A DNA stretch of 32,000 nt from Candidatus Saccharimonadota bacterium (GCA_049942765.1 CP188086.1:240001-272000), one strand, 5' to 3'. Numbered from the stretch's first letter, positions 19,316-29,103 are shown. Numbers and translations are program-made. The notes: generated from the letters alone by a model not told the origin.

Positions 19316-20182
19316 GTACTTTTTATTTTTTTATTTTACTGTCCAATTTAGAAAAACATTAACAATAAAAATTTATTAAGTAATGTTTATATTTAATTTA
19401 ATATATATTTTATATGATATAGGTTATTAATGTATTTTTAATAATTAAATTATTAATTATGTTTAAAAACATTTCAATTATATAATTATATTTAATATGT
19501 CTTATTTTATAAATAATGTCAATAACATGTTTAAATTATTTATGATATTGTTTTTAATTTATATGATAATTTTTAGATACATAAAAAATTATTTTTATAA
19601 AATTTATTTTTAATACATATTTTTTATTTATTAAATGAATTTTGGTTATTTTTAGATTTTATATAACAGATTATTTTGATTAAATTTGTTTAAATGAACA
19701 AGATTTTTTATTTTTATACTTTATAAGTAATTATGTATAATGTTTTTATTATTAAAAATAATTAATTTATTAAAAATATAATTTTATTTGATTTCATTAT
19801 TTATTTAATTAATTAGGTTTTAATTTGTATGTAATACAATTTATTGATGTTATATGTATTATTTAATAATTTTATATATATAATTCATTATTTAGATTTG
19901 TGTAATATTAATATTTGTTATATTAAATTTTTTTATTGTTTTAATAAATTCATAACTATTTATATTCTTTTTTTGTTATTTTTTGTTGTTAATTATATTT
20001 AATTTATTAGAAATATACAAATTATTAGTATATCTCTAGTTAATATGCGTTACATTTCAAAAAATGTTTTTATTTTTTTCAATTATAATTTTTTATTTTT
20101 AAACTTTGATGTATTGTATTCCTACTTCGTAGGGAGACATAATTAAATATGTTGTATTAATTTTTATTTATATGTATTAAAT

Positions 20183-20219
20183 ATACATCATATATATATC
20201 ATATATATATATGATGTAT
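20183..20219. repeat. 37-nt near-perfect palindrome (17-bp arms, 3-nt centre) between convergent rne and flgK
   Basis: Checked base by base: atacatcatatatatat (20183-20199) pairs with atatatatatgatgtat (20203-20219). The core is (TA)n but the outer tacatca/tgatgta is specific. The 12-mer atgtattaaata also occurs twice, at 20172 and 20212. Confidence 0.6.
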
Positions 20220-20375
20220 TAAATAAATTTTATTGTATGGAAGGAAATTAGAAATTTGTATTTTTATTACCTGTTGGTATAATAAAAATATATTAATATC
20301 AATCAAATATATGAAGTAATCAACTAACTTATGTATGTTGTTTGTAAACATTATATTAAATTATATAATTTTTTT

Positions 20376-21980
20376 TTATGTTTTGTTAATTTTGTTTACA
20401 GAATGATATTCATTAATAGTTTTTTCTTCATTTTCTTGTGGTAATACATGTATTATTGATTGATTTAATGGTTTGTTTAATTTGTAATCATCAATTTTTT
20501 TCTGAATAAAATTTTTTAGGTTTGCATATGCTTCCTGACATGTTTCTGATTGATTGACTATTTTTTCGCGATGTAAAAGTATTAGTTGTTCTATGTTTTC
20601 TACAAAACGAAAATTGTAATTCCATTCTTTGCTGAGAGCTATGTTAGTATTCGGAGTTGCTTCTACGTATAGATTATTAATGATATCTGAAGAATTATGT
20701 ACTATATATTTATTTTGCTCTCTTAATGTGTTTGGTTTATATGTAACTTTAATACCATTAAATATGATTGAAGAAGCATGTTCATTAATAATAGTATCGT
20801 AATCTACGGTTTTTTGATTAGTATCATCAGTATTTATTTTCCATTTATTATTTCCTAAGAAAGTTAAGTAATATTTTTCTGGTAGAGCATGATTAAAAGA
20901 ATTCCATGAAGTAAAGATATGATCTTTTTTGTTATTATATTTATTAGGTATGATTATTGGTGTGGTTTCTGAAAAAAACCTTTTTCCCATATAATTTGTT
21001 ATGTCAATTCCTGATTGATGTATTTCATTAAAATTTTTTGTAAAACTTGTGATTATTTGACCAATTTTGTTATTTACTAGGTCTAGTATATATTTACGAA
21101 AATATAATATTCCAGCTACATGACCTGTTATTATTAGAGGTTCTAATGATATCTCTCTATTTGTTGTAGGATCTATATATCCTAAGTTATATTCTATATG
21201 TGAATTATGAATATTATTATAATATGGATCTAATATTGCAATAATATTTGCTATTTTTGAATCATCAATTAGATTGTATTGCTTGTTCAGTGATATAATG
21301 AGATTATTATTCGATATATTTGTTGTGGTACCTAAAATTTCAGTTAATTCATTTGAATACTTATTTCTAATAGCAATCAAAGGTTCTATATTTTTTGATT
21401 GATTAATTCCGGTGTTAACTTGTATCTGATTATATTCTTTTATTTGTCGATGAGCGTTATTTATTATATTTAGATATCTGTTTATTTGATTAATGTAATA
21501 AAATATATCTTGATTGACATTTTTATAAAGTTCACAGATATCTTTATTAATGTTGGTGACTTCTTGTATAAATTTTTTTGCTATTACTATTGTTTGTCCT
21601 CCAAACTGTGTTTGTCGGTTTTTAAATACAGATCTACTTAAACTAATATAAAAATCCATCATATATTCATTGAAAATCTTGTGATGTTCTTCAAGTAATG
21701 CTAGAGTTTTTTTTAATTTATCATTGAATGATAATTCAAATCTTTGTTTAGGATTTGCATAATCGATATATTTGGAAGTTAAGTTATTATTGTTGTTTTT
21801 ATATATATATATTGTTTGATTATTTATATCGTTTTTATATAATTTGTTATTATGGTACTTAGATATATTATTTATGGTTTTTTTTTTATTATAAATAGTA
21901 TTTTTTATCTTATCTTGTTTTTTTAAAAAGTTGTTAGTATCATAAATTATATTGTTATATATTTTTTGAATTCTAGGCAT
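20376..21980 (-). CDS. flgK: Flagellar hook-filament junction protein 1 (FlgK), diverged, C-terminus shortened
   Basis: 534 aa. The central region aligns to E. coli FlgK (LIITGHVAGILYFRKYILDLVNNKIGQI..FNEIHQSG vs LNTGSLGGILTFRSQDLDQTRNTLGQL..FNTQHKAG, and YYLTFLGNNKWKI vs YKISFDNNQWQV). The N-terminal NNISKY matches NNISSY. It lies downstream of flgJ. Confidence 0.8.
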   Translation of the reverse strand: MPRIQKIYNNIIYDTNNFLKKQDKIKNTIYNKKKTINNISKYHNNKLYKNDINNQTIYIYKNNNNNLTSKYIDYANPKQRFELSFNDKLKKTLALLEEHHKIFNEYMMDFYISLSRSVFKNRQTQFGGQTIVIAKKFIQEVTNINKDICELYKNVNQDIFYYINQINRYLNIINNAHRQIKEYNQIQVNTGINQSKNIEPLIAIRNKYSNELTEILGTTTNISNNNLIISLNKQYNLIDDSKIANIIAILDPYYNNIHNSHIEYNLGYIDPTTNREISLEPLIITGHVAGILYFRKYILDLVNNKIGQIITSFTKNFNEIHQSGIDITNYMGKRFFSETTPIIIPNKYNNKKDHIFTSWNSFNHALPEKYYLTFLGNNKWKINTDDTNQKTVDYDTIINEHASSIIFNGIKVTYKPNTLREQNKYIVHNSSDIINNLYVEATPNTNIALSKEWNYNFRFVENIEQLILLHREKIVNQSETCQEAYANLKNFIQKKIDDYKLNKPLNQSIIHVLPQENEEKTINEYHSVNKINKT

Positions 21981-22047
21981 AATTTTTTACGTTTTATTTA
22001 AATATTAATGAATTAATTATTGAAATATTTTAGATATTAAATATTAT

Positions 22048-22380
22048 TTATTCATCAATATCATGATCATGAGATTTTAAAATTAATAATTGTTTTTCTA
22101 TAAATTCTGCTAATCCAATTCCTTTAGAACTAACATTTTGAGATATGATTTGATGATGTAGATCAGAATACATTTGTTCTGATTCGCTATGAAAAAAATT
22201 ATTTTTAAACAAATCTGATTCACTTGCTTTTAATAATATTTGTAAAAATAAACTTTCAATTTGTTTCCCAATTTCTAGTTCTCTATGTTTTGGGTCAATT
22301 AATTTTTGTTTCTGAAAAATATTACTAGTTTCTTGTATAATTTTATTTGATGATTGGTCAATTAAAGATATATTATTCAT
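22048..22380 (-). CDS. flgJ: FlgJ, rod-binding (N-terminal) domain only; no muramidase domain
   Basis: QIESLFLQILLKAS...FHSESEQMYSDLHHQIISQNVSSKGIGLAEFIEKQL aligns to the E. coli FlgJ N-terminal domain (QVEGMFVQMMLKSM...FSSEHTRLYTSMYDQQIAQQMTAGKGLGLAEMLVKQM). The ORF ends after ~110-120 aa, against 313 in E. coli. The preferred start is ATG 22380, overlapping the flgI TAA as TAATG; the ORF-track start is 22410. Confidence 0.8.
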   Translation of the reverse strand: MNNISLIDQSSNKIIQETSNIFQKQKLIDPKHRELEIGKQIESLFLQILLKASESDLFKNNFFHSESEQMYSDLHHQIISQNVSSKGIGLAEFIEKQLLILKSHDHDIDE

Positions 22381-23483
22381 TATGTTATCTCCAGTTTTGC
22401 TCGTAAACATCCTGCGTTTTTCATAGATTGAAGAATCAATATTAATTCAGATGGTTTCACTCCTAATGAGGTTAGGGCATGCATAATATTATTTAAGTTG
22501 TGATTATCACTGATGTCTCGTTGATTTTCGGTATTAGAGGATGATATATTTGTATTTATTGAATTACTATTATTTTGTTGGTTATTGTTTGTAGGTAATG
22601 TTTTATTTCTTTCAATTACAACTGATAATTTACCTTGAGAAATAGCACAATTTCCTAGTTTAACATCATGATTAATGACGATTGAACCAGTTTTGGCGTT
22701 AATGATTACACGTGCATCTTGGATAGGTATGTTTATTTCTATATTTTGTATGTTGGATAACATTCTAATTTGAGTTGTTCTATCATCAGGTGTGCTTAAT
22801 TGTATAGTTCTAGCATCTAATGGAATAGCTGTATCAGGATATTGTATATTAATATTATCACTAATAATTTGTATTAAATTAAAATTTTCTTCGTTTAATT
22901 GTAAATTAATGATGCCATCTTTTCCAAAACTATTTTGAGATTCCACATTAATTGATGCTCCTTCATGAACGATACCACCATTAACATGTTGTGGATTCCT
23001 TAGATTGTTGATAAATAATTGTGAAGTGTTAATTGAATCTTTAATTAAAATATTACCTTGTGCAATGGCATATATTTTATTGTCGTGTCCTTTTAATGGA
23101 GTCATTAATAATGTTCCTCCATTTAGGCTTTTAGCGTTTCCTATAGAAGAAACCATAACATCTATCTTTTGTCCTATATGATGAAATGGTGGTAATGTTG
23201 CTGTAACCATGACAGCTGCAACGTTTTTTAATCTTATATTGATATCAGGGGTGGTAGTTATCCCTAATTTATATAGCATATTCATGGTAGTTTGACCAGT
23301 CATAGGTGATTGTCTTGTTTCATCACCAGTTCCGTCTAATCCAACAATCAAACCATAACCAATTAATTTATTTTCTTGTAACCCTTGTACGGTAGTTAAA
23401 TCTCTTATTCTTTCTGCATGTACAATAGTACTAGTAATACACAATATGAATATACAAATACATTTTTTAAAAAAAACATTCAT
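22380..23483 (-). CDS. flgI: Flagellar P-ring protein
   Basis: 367 aa. Signal peptide ending ..IVHA, then ERIRDLTTVQGLQENKLIGYGLIVGLDGTGD. It is colinear with E. coli FlgI through the C-terminal ..LQSMKNAGCLRAKLEIT. Confidence 0.93.
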   Translation of the reverse strand: MNVFFKKCICIFILCITSTIVHAERIRDLTTVQGLQENKLIGYGLIVGLDGTGDETRQSPMTGQTTMNMLYKLGITTTPDINIRLKNVAAVMVTATLPPFHHIGQKIDVMVSSIGNAKSLNGGTLLMTPLKGHDNKIYAIAQGNILIKDSINTSQLFINNLRNPQHVNGGIVHEGASINVESQNSFGKDGIINLQLNEENFNLIQIISDNINIQYPDTAIPLDARTIQLSTPDDRTTQIRMLSNIQNIEINIPIQDARVIINAKTGSIVINHDVKLGNCAISQGKLSVVIERNKTLPTNNNQQNNSNSINTNISSSNTENQRDISDNHNLNNIMHALTSLGVKPSELILILQSMKNAGCLRAKLEIT

Positions 23484-23791
23484 AATTGACCTTTTTAATT
23501 AATTTAAATTTTCATTCATTTTAATAATATTGGATTGTTATGTTATGATTAAAAATTTATATTTAAGTTTTTTGATAGTTTTGCAAACCTAATAATTCAT
23601 ATTTAAAATATTGAATAATTTTTATTATAAATTTATTTATGAAATATTAGGTTTGTGTAATATAACTAGATCATAATACTATAATAATCAAAAGGGTTTA
23701 AATAATATAATTTCAATGAATACATATATTTTTATTATCTAATAATCTATAATACATAATATATTTTAAATATATTTTACTTATCTAAATA

Positions 23792-24487
23792 TTACATCGG
23801 TGAAATTTTAAAAAATAAACGTTGTAACCACCCCATATGATTTTTATTATGATCAACAGCATCATTATTTAAATATTCGATGTAAGCGTCAGCAACTTGT
23901 GTTGAAACAACAGAATTATTATTGCTAATAATATTAGGATTAACTATTCCTGAAAATCGAATTTGTTCGGTTCCATGGTTAATATTTATTGTTTTTTCTC
24001 CCACTACTTGTAAATTTCCATTAGGTAATATGTTATTAACGGTAACAGTGATGATACCTGTTAACATATTTTTTGTAGTATTACTACCTTTTCCTGAATA
24101 ATCATGTTTACCTGAGGTGTTAAACTCAGATTTATTTATATTATTCGTGGTAAGTATATTAAATGGATTAGGAAAAGTACTAATACCTATATTACTATGT
24201 CCGTTTCTTGTTATACTAGCAGTAGAACTATTGCTGGCACTTGTATTTTCTTGTAATACTATTGTCATAGTATCACCAATATTATGAGCATGATAATCTT
24301 CAAATAAAGATTTTTGTGTATTATGGAGCATTACAGTAGGTTCAGAATGTAACATATCAATATTATTCGAATCATTGTAGATGTTATCTACCAATGGATC
24401 ATTTTTAGTATAAGAACAACCATTTAGTAATAAAACAATAGTTGTTAAAAAACAAATTTTATATTTTAAAATAAACGAATTAGACAC
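23792..24487 (-). CDS. flgH: Flagellar L-ring lipoprotein
   Basis: 231 aa (E. coli 232). It has the lipobox LLLNGC, plus SLFEDYHAHNIGDTMTIVLQENTSAS, GNLQVVGEK, RFSGIVNP and GWLQRLF, all typical of FlgH. Confidence 0.92.
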   Translation of the reverse strand: MSNSFILKYKICFLTTIVLLLNGCSYTKNDPLVDNIYNDSNNIDMLHSEPTVMLHNTQKSLFEDYHAHNIGDTMTIVLQENTSASNSSTASITRNGHSNIGISTFPNPFNILTTNNINKSEFNTSGKHDYSGKGSNTTKNMLTGIITVTVNNILPNGNLQVVGEKTININHGTEQIRFSGIVNPNIISNNNSVVSTQVADAYIEYLNNDAVDHNKNHMGWLQRLFFKISPM

Positions 24488-24562
24488 TGTAAAATTACCT
24501 TAAATTATTATGTATTATATTGATACATAGTATTGCTACTTATTAATAATAGATGGTTGTGA

Positions 24563-25345
24563 TTATAATTGAGATAACTTTTGTAACATTTGATCAGCAC
24601 TGCTAATTGCTTTGCTATTAATTTCATATGCTCTTTGTGTTTGTATCATGTTAACTAATTCTTCAGCTACATTTACATTAGATGTTTCTACAAACTCTTG
24701 ATAAATTGATCCTACTCCATTAACTCCTGGTAAACTATCTACAGGAACTCCAGAAGCGTTGGTTTCTTTGTATAAATTTTCACCTATGTTTTCTAGTCCA
24801 GCATAATTCATGAAATTAGCTAAATTAATTTGCCCTACTGGAGTACTACGACCATCTCCTTGTAATGTAACGCTAATATCTCCATTTCGCCCAATATCAA
24901 TTTTTTTAGCATTTAATGGAATAATAACAGAAGGGTGAAGAGCAAATCCACTATTAGTAATCATTTGTCCATTACGATCAATTTGAAAAGATCCATCTCT
25001 AGTATATGCCATACTACCATCTGGTAATTGTACTTGAAAAAACCCTGGGCCATTAATTGCAACATCTTTTGAAGAATTGGTTTTAGATAAATTTCCTTGT
25101 GTATGAATTCTTTCAGTGGCAATTGGTCTTACTCCAGTACCTAATTGAAATCCAATCGGTGTATTCATATCATTGGAAGATAGAAAACCTGGTTGACGCA
25201 TAGTTTGATACATTAGATCTTCGAATATTGCATGAGATTTTTTAAATCCATTAGTGCTTACATTAGCTAAATTGTTAGATATAACATTCATGTTCATTTG
25301 TTGGGCATCAAGCCCTGTTTTAGCTATCCATAATGATGGGATCAT
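24563..25345 (-). CDS. flgG: Flagellar distal rod protein
   Basis: 260 aa, the same length as E. coli FlgG. It matches at the N-terminus ([35 protein letters not shown]) and the C-terminus ([35 protein letters not shown]). Confidence 0.96.
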   Translation of the reverse strand: MIPSLWIAKTGLDAQQMNMNVISNNLANVSTNGFKKSHAIFEDLMYQTMRQPGFLSSNDMNTPIGFQLGTGVRPIATERIHTQGNLSKTNSSKDVAINGPGFFQVQLPDGSMAYTRDGSFQIDRNGQMITNSGFALHPSVIIPLNAKKIDIGRNGDISVTLQGDGRSTPVGQINLANFMNYAGLENIGENLYKETNASGVPVDSLPGVNGVGSIYQEFVETSNVNVAEELVNMIQTQRAYEINSKAISSADQMLQKLSQL

Positions 25346-25361
25346 ATATTTCTATCCTTTT

Positions 25362-26117
25362 TTAATTATTAATGTTTAATATAGAATTAGCTTTTTGTTC
25401 ATTATTATTGAAGTTAGTAACCATGTTCATTTCCATATCAAATTGTCTTGTATCATTGATCATGTCAATAATATTTTCAGTTGGATTAACATTACTTTCT
25501 TCTGTGAATCCTTTGAATACTTGTATTGAATCATCATAGTTATTAGATTTATTAGATGTTGATGTTGAGTCATGTTTTAAGCGAAAGAATCCATTAATAT
25601 GTTTGTATAGATTGTTATCTTCAATATATTTTGTTTTTAATTCACCTATTTCTAATATTGCATTTCCATTGTCGTTGTTTTTTACTATAGCTGATAACAT
25701 ACCGTGTTTATCAAAAGATGGGATAGAATTAATTGGTATTTGCATTGGTTTTCCTAGTTGATTCATGACATGCAATCCTTGAATTATTAATTCCCCTTTA
25801 TTATTGATTTCACAGTGACCGTTTCTAGTGTAGAAATCTTGGTTTTTATTGTCTCTTAGTTCTAACCAATAATGGTCTGATAAAGCGATATCTAGTGGTT
25901 TATTAGTGTGTTTTAAAATTCCATTGGATAGATCATATTGGAAAGAATTAGATATAGTTTCTTGTGTTTCATCTGGGTTAGAAATGACATTTGATAAATA
26001 TCTTAATTGAGATTTAAAACCAGGTGTCGATATATTTGCTAAGTTGTTAGCCGAGATTGCTTGTTTAATAATGGTTTGATTAGCAGCTGTTTTAATTAAA
26101 TCTATTGTATTATTCAT
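25362..26117 (-). CDS. flgF: Flagellar proximal rod protein
   Basis: 251 aa, the same length as E. coli FlgF. It has the axial-protein N-terminal motif (ISANNLANISTPGFK) and C-terminal heptads, and lies between flgE and flgG. Confidence 0.9.
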   Translation of the reverse strand: MNNTIDLIKTAANQTIIKQAISANNLANISTPGFKSQLRYLSNVISNPDETQETISNSFQYDLSNGILKHTNKPLDIALSDHYWLELRDNKNQDFYTRNGHCEINNKGELIIQGLHVMNQLGKPMQIPINSIPSFDKHGMLSAIVKNNDNGNAILEIGELKTKYIEDNNLYKHINGFFRLKHDSTSTSNKSNNYDDSIQVFKGFTEESNVNPTENIIDMINDTRQFDMEMNMVTNFNNNEQKANSILNINN

Positions 26118-26148
26118 GTTAATAACCTTGTGTCATTGTCAATATTAA

Positions 26149-27375
26149 TTATAGATTTTGGATTAAAGAACCAATGAGTTGATCTTGCACTTTAATTGAT
26201 TGAGCTATAGCTTGATAATTCTTTTGAGCGGTTATTAAATTAACTAATTCTTCGTTTATTTTAACATTAGATTTTTCTATTGCTCCTATAGTTAAAGCAT
26301 TTGTGTCATTGTCTTCAGTTACAAATACTGAACCATTTCCTGAGTTTTTAATAGTCCATAAGTTATCTTTATTTTGTGATAAAATGTCCAAATTACAGAA
26401 TTCATTTATTGAAATTTTACCAATAAATCTTTGTTGTTGATTGGTATAATCTCCAATAATATTACCATTTTTTTGAATATGATATTGATATAGTTCTCCA
26501 GAATCAAATCCATCTTGAGTTGGTTGGTTAATTTTTGTATGTTTATTGTCTGTGAATTGAAGATCACGAACATTAATTGATATTTGAGATTTTTTGGAAT
26601 CATGATATTCTGGTAATGTAAAATAATTTATTTTATTTACAAAAGTTGACATTTTATTGTAATTATTGTAATCTATATCGAATGTTGATATTTTTTTATT
26701 TCCTGCAGTTTCATCAAATAAATATACGGTCCAATTCAGAATAGAATTTTTCTTCCAGTATGAAGATATTGTTCGTTTATTCGATTTTTCATCAAAAACA
26801 ATCCAATCTTTTTTATAATTGTAAGTATCAGGATCATCACTGTTGAAGATTCTATTTGTTTTATATTGATCATTATAATTTAAGTAACCGCTTAAATTTA
26901 TTGATTTTGTTGGATTAAACTTAAGTTTATTAACTTTATTAAAATTAATAATGTTTTTTTTCTTTTCTATAGTATATTTTTCTTCATTTAAGTTTTTTAA
27001 ATATCCAGTAAGAAACATTCCATTTTCGTGGGTTAAGTTGTTTTTGTTATCTAGATGAAATCTACCATTTCTAGTGTAATAGATTGATCCATCAATATCT
27101 TGTAAACGAAAAAACCCATTTTTATTAAGATAAAAATCTAGGTTGTTACCTGTTTTTATTAACTGCCCAGGTGAGAAATCTTGTTTTTTTATAGAAATTA
27201 CAGTTCCTGTTGTATTCTCATTTCCATTATTTCTTTCTATTTTTGATACTACTTCTTGTATATAATCTCTATTAGCTTTAAATCCATTAGTATTAGCGTT
27301 CATAATATTATTGCTAATAATATCAATTTTATTCATAGCTATTTTTAATCCACTAATAGATTCTGTAATACTCAT
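26149..27375 (-). CDS. flgE: Flagellar hook protein
   Basis: 408 aa (E. coli 402). N-terminus SGLKIAMNKIDIISNNIMNANTNGFK; C-terminus IEKSNVKINEELVNLITAQKNYQAIAQSIKVQDQLIGSLIQNL. It lies downstream of flgD. Confidence 0.92.
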   Translation of the reverse strand: MSITESISGLKIAMNKIDIISNNIMNANTNGFKANRDYIQEVVSKIERNNGNENTTGTVISIKKQDFSPGQLIKTGNNLDFYLNKNGFFRLQDIDGSIYYTRNGRFHLDNKNNLTHENGMFLTGYLKNLNEEKYTIEKKKNIINFNKVNKLKFNPTKSINLSGYLNYNDQYKTNRIFNSDDPDTYNYKKDWIVFDEKSNKRTISSYWKKNSILNWTVYLFDETAGNKKISTFDIDYNNYNKMSTFVNKINYFTLPEYHDSKKSQISINVRDLQFTDNKHTKINQPTQDGFDSGELYQYHIQKNGNIIGDYTNQQQRFIGKISINEFCNLDILSQNKDNLWTIKNSGNGSVFVTEDNDTNALTIGAIEKSNVKINEELVNLITAQKNYQAIAQSIKVQDQLIGSLIQNL

Positions 27376-27655
27376 ACTATAAATATCCTCTAAACATATG
27401 TTTTACACGAATATACTACATTGTTAATTTTATTATATTGTATATTTAATACATTTAATTATTTTAATAGTATTAATATAGATTTGTATATCTATATGTA
27501 TCATATATTATTAATAATATCTATGTATTAATGTTTTAAATTCCATATTTGTCGTATAACAGCAATATATTAATTATCAATAAAGATATTTTAATAACAA
27601 TGTAGCTTTAAAATTATATTTATATATTCAAATTAAAGATATTTTTTAACGCATA

Positions 27656-28228
27656 TTACATTGTGTGACCTACTAAAGTTATATCATATCTACCGTTAGG
27701 TATTTCAAAATCATCGTGATTTATTATTTTCCAAGAAAAATCATATGTCCCAGATTGAAGTGGACCTATACTTTTAGTAACAACAATATTTTGTTTGGTA
27801 TCATCCATTACTACTATTATATTATCATAATCACAGGTAGTTGTAAGATGAAATTGAATATCAGAATCGTGATCTTTTTTAACGAAAACATCGTTAGGTA
27901 TTAATACTTTACAGTTAAGTGCAGTATATTCATTTTGATCTTCATTTGTATTAGTGTTTTTTGTTTTTTCTTCATTTATTTTATGATTAGAATCATTGTT
28001 TGTTATTTTTTGTTTATTTTTTTCTTTATTAGTTTTATCAATATTATTATCAAATGTATATATTATTTTTTCTTTATTGTTTCCAACATCATTGTTTGGA
28101 TATTTAATTTTATATGATTCAACTATTTTTTTTAAACGTATTAGATTTTCTTGTTCGTTAGATATTTGATTTTTTTCTGGTTTTTCGGTATATGGTTGTA
28201 AGTGATTTCTAATATGAGATATGTTCAT
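27656..28228 (-). CDS. flgD: Flagellar hook capping/assembly protein FlgD, shortened and diverged
   Basis: 190 aa (E. coli 231). The position between flgC and flgE supports the call. The C-terminal region GTYDFSWKIINHDDFEIPNGRYDITLVG aligns to E. coli GVHTFTWDGKQTDGTTVPNGSYNIAITAS. The N-terminal half is Asn/Lys-rich and only weakly alignable. Confidence 0.75.
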   Translation of the reverse strand: MNISHIRNHLQPYTEKPEKNQISNEQENLIRLKKIVESYKIKYPNNDVGNNKEKIIYTFDNNIDKTNKEKNKQKITNNDSNHKINEEKTKNTNTNEDQNEYTALNCKVLIPNDVFVKKDHDSDIQFHLTTTCDYDNIIVVMDDTKQNIVVTKSIGPLQSGTYDFSWKIINHDDFEIPNGRYDITLVGHTM

Positions 28229-28260
28229 ATCAATATCCTTTTTAAGATATTAGTCAAATG

Positions 28261-28671
28261 TTATTGACATATTGATAAAGTTTGTATTAGTAATGACTTT
28301 ACGGTATTAATAATTTCAACATTTGCTTGGTAATTTTTCGACGATGTAATACTATCTATTACTTCAGATATTACATTTACATTAGATGTTTTAATATATC
28401 CATTGTGATCTGCAAAAGGATTATTGGGATCATATAGTAATTTCATTGGAGTTGAATCTAAAATTATTTTATCTACTTTTACACCTCCAGTAAATTTATT
28501 TTTTTGATTATCAAACTTTAAAACAGCTTTTTTAGCAATATATGGATATGATTGATTACCATCTATAATCATAGAATCAACATTTGCTATATTAGTTGCA
28601 TTAATGTTTATTTTTTTTGATTGTACATTTAATGCTGAACCAGCAATATCTAAAATATTAAATAATGTCAT
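28261..28671 (-). CDS. flgC: Flagellar basal-body rod protein
   Basis: 136 aa (E. coli 134). It has FNILDIAGSALNVQSKKININATNIANVDS and the C-terminal SNVNVISEVIDSITSSKNYQANVEIINTVKSLLIQTL. Confidence 0.93.
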   Translation of the reverse strand: MTLFNILDIAGSALNVQSKKININATNIANVDSMIIDGNQSYPYIAKKAVLKFDNQKNKFTGGVKVDKIILDSTPMKLLYDPNNPFADHNGYIKTSNVNVISEVIDSITSSKNYQANVEIINTVKSLLIQTLSICQ

Positions 28672-28689
28672 GATATTATCTCTTGGTGA

Positions 28690-29103
28690 TTACCCTTGTA
28701 TCGCATTTCGCATATTTTTAATCTGATTTTTTAACAAAGATAAAAATATTTGGTATTGAAGTGCGTTTTTAATAAATTTCATACGTTCTACATTCATATC
28801 AACTGAATTATGATTTGATTTCAATTGATTTTTTATATGGTTTTTTTTAATAGTGACATGTAATACATGATTATTATCATTAATAATATGATGCAACGAA
28901 GTGGATTGTAATGATAATGTATGTAAATTATTTTTATTTTTATTTATAGCTTTTTTGAATTCTTTGTTAAAATTGATATCCTGAGATTGATAATTTGGTG
29001 TATCTACGTTAGCTATATTTGAAGCTAATAGTTCTTGTCGATAAGCTAATATATCAAGAGCTGTTTGATTAATTTGGAATTCATTTTGTATTTTATTTAA
29101 CAT
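28690..29103 (-). CDS. flgB: Flagellar basal-body rod protein
   Basis: 137 aa (E. coli 138). It has LDILAYRQELLASNIANVDTPNYQSQDINF and the C-terminal NSVDMNVERMKFIKNALQYQ. It is the first gene of the cluster and diverges from flgA. Confidence 0.92.
   Translation of the reverse strand: MLNKIQNEFQINQTALDILAYRQELLASNIANVDTPNYQSQDINFNKEFKKAINKNKNNLHTLSLQSTSLHHIINDNNHVLHVTIKKNHIKNQLKSNHNSVDMNVERMKFIKNALQYQIFLSLLKNQIKNMRNAIQG

Noticed and set aside
23584-23655. 11-bp inverted repeat caaacctaata / tattaggtttg with a 50-nt spacer in the flgH-flgI gap
   Set aside because: It is real, but at this length and A/T content I expect roughly one such match by chance in a window of this size. It is not strong enough to call a regulatory element.
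26406-26603. 65-aa minus-strand ORF inside flgE, in an alternative frame
   Set aside because: It overlaps the well-supported flgE frame and has no independent evidence.
27716-28117. Plus-strand ORFs 27716..27904 and 27935..28117
   Set aside because: They are antisense to flgD, and their Phe/Ile-rich translation comes from the complement of Lys/Asn codons.
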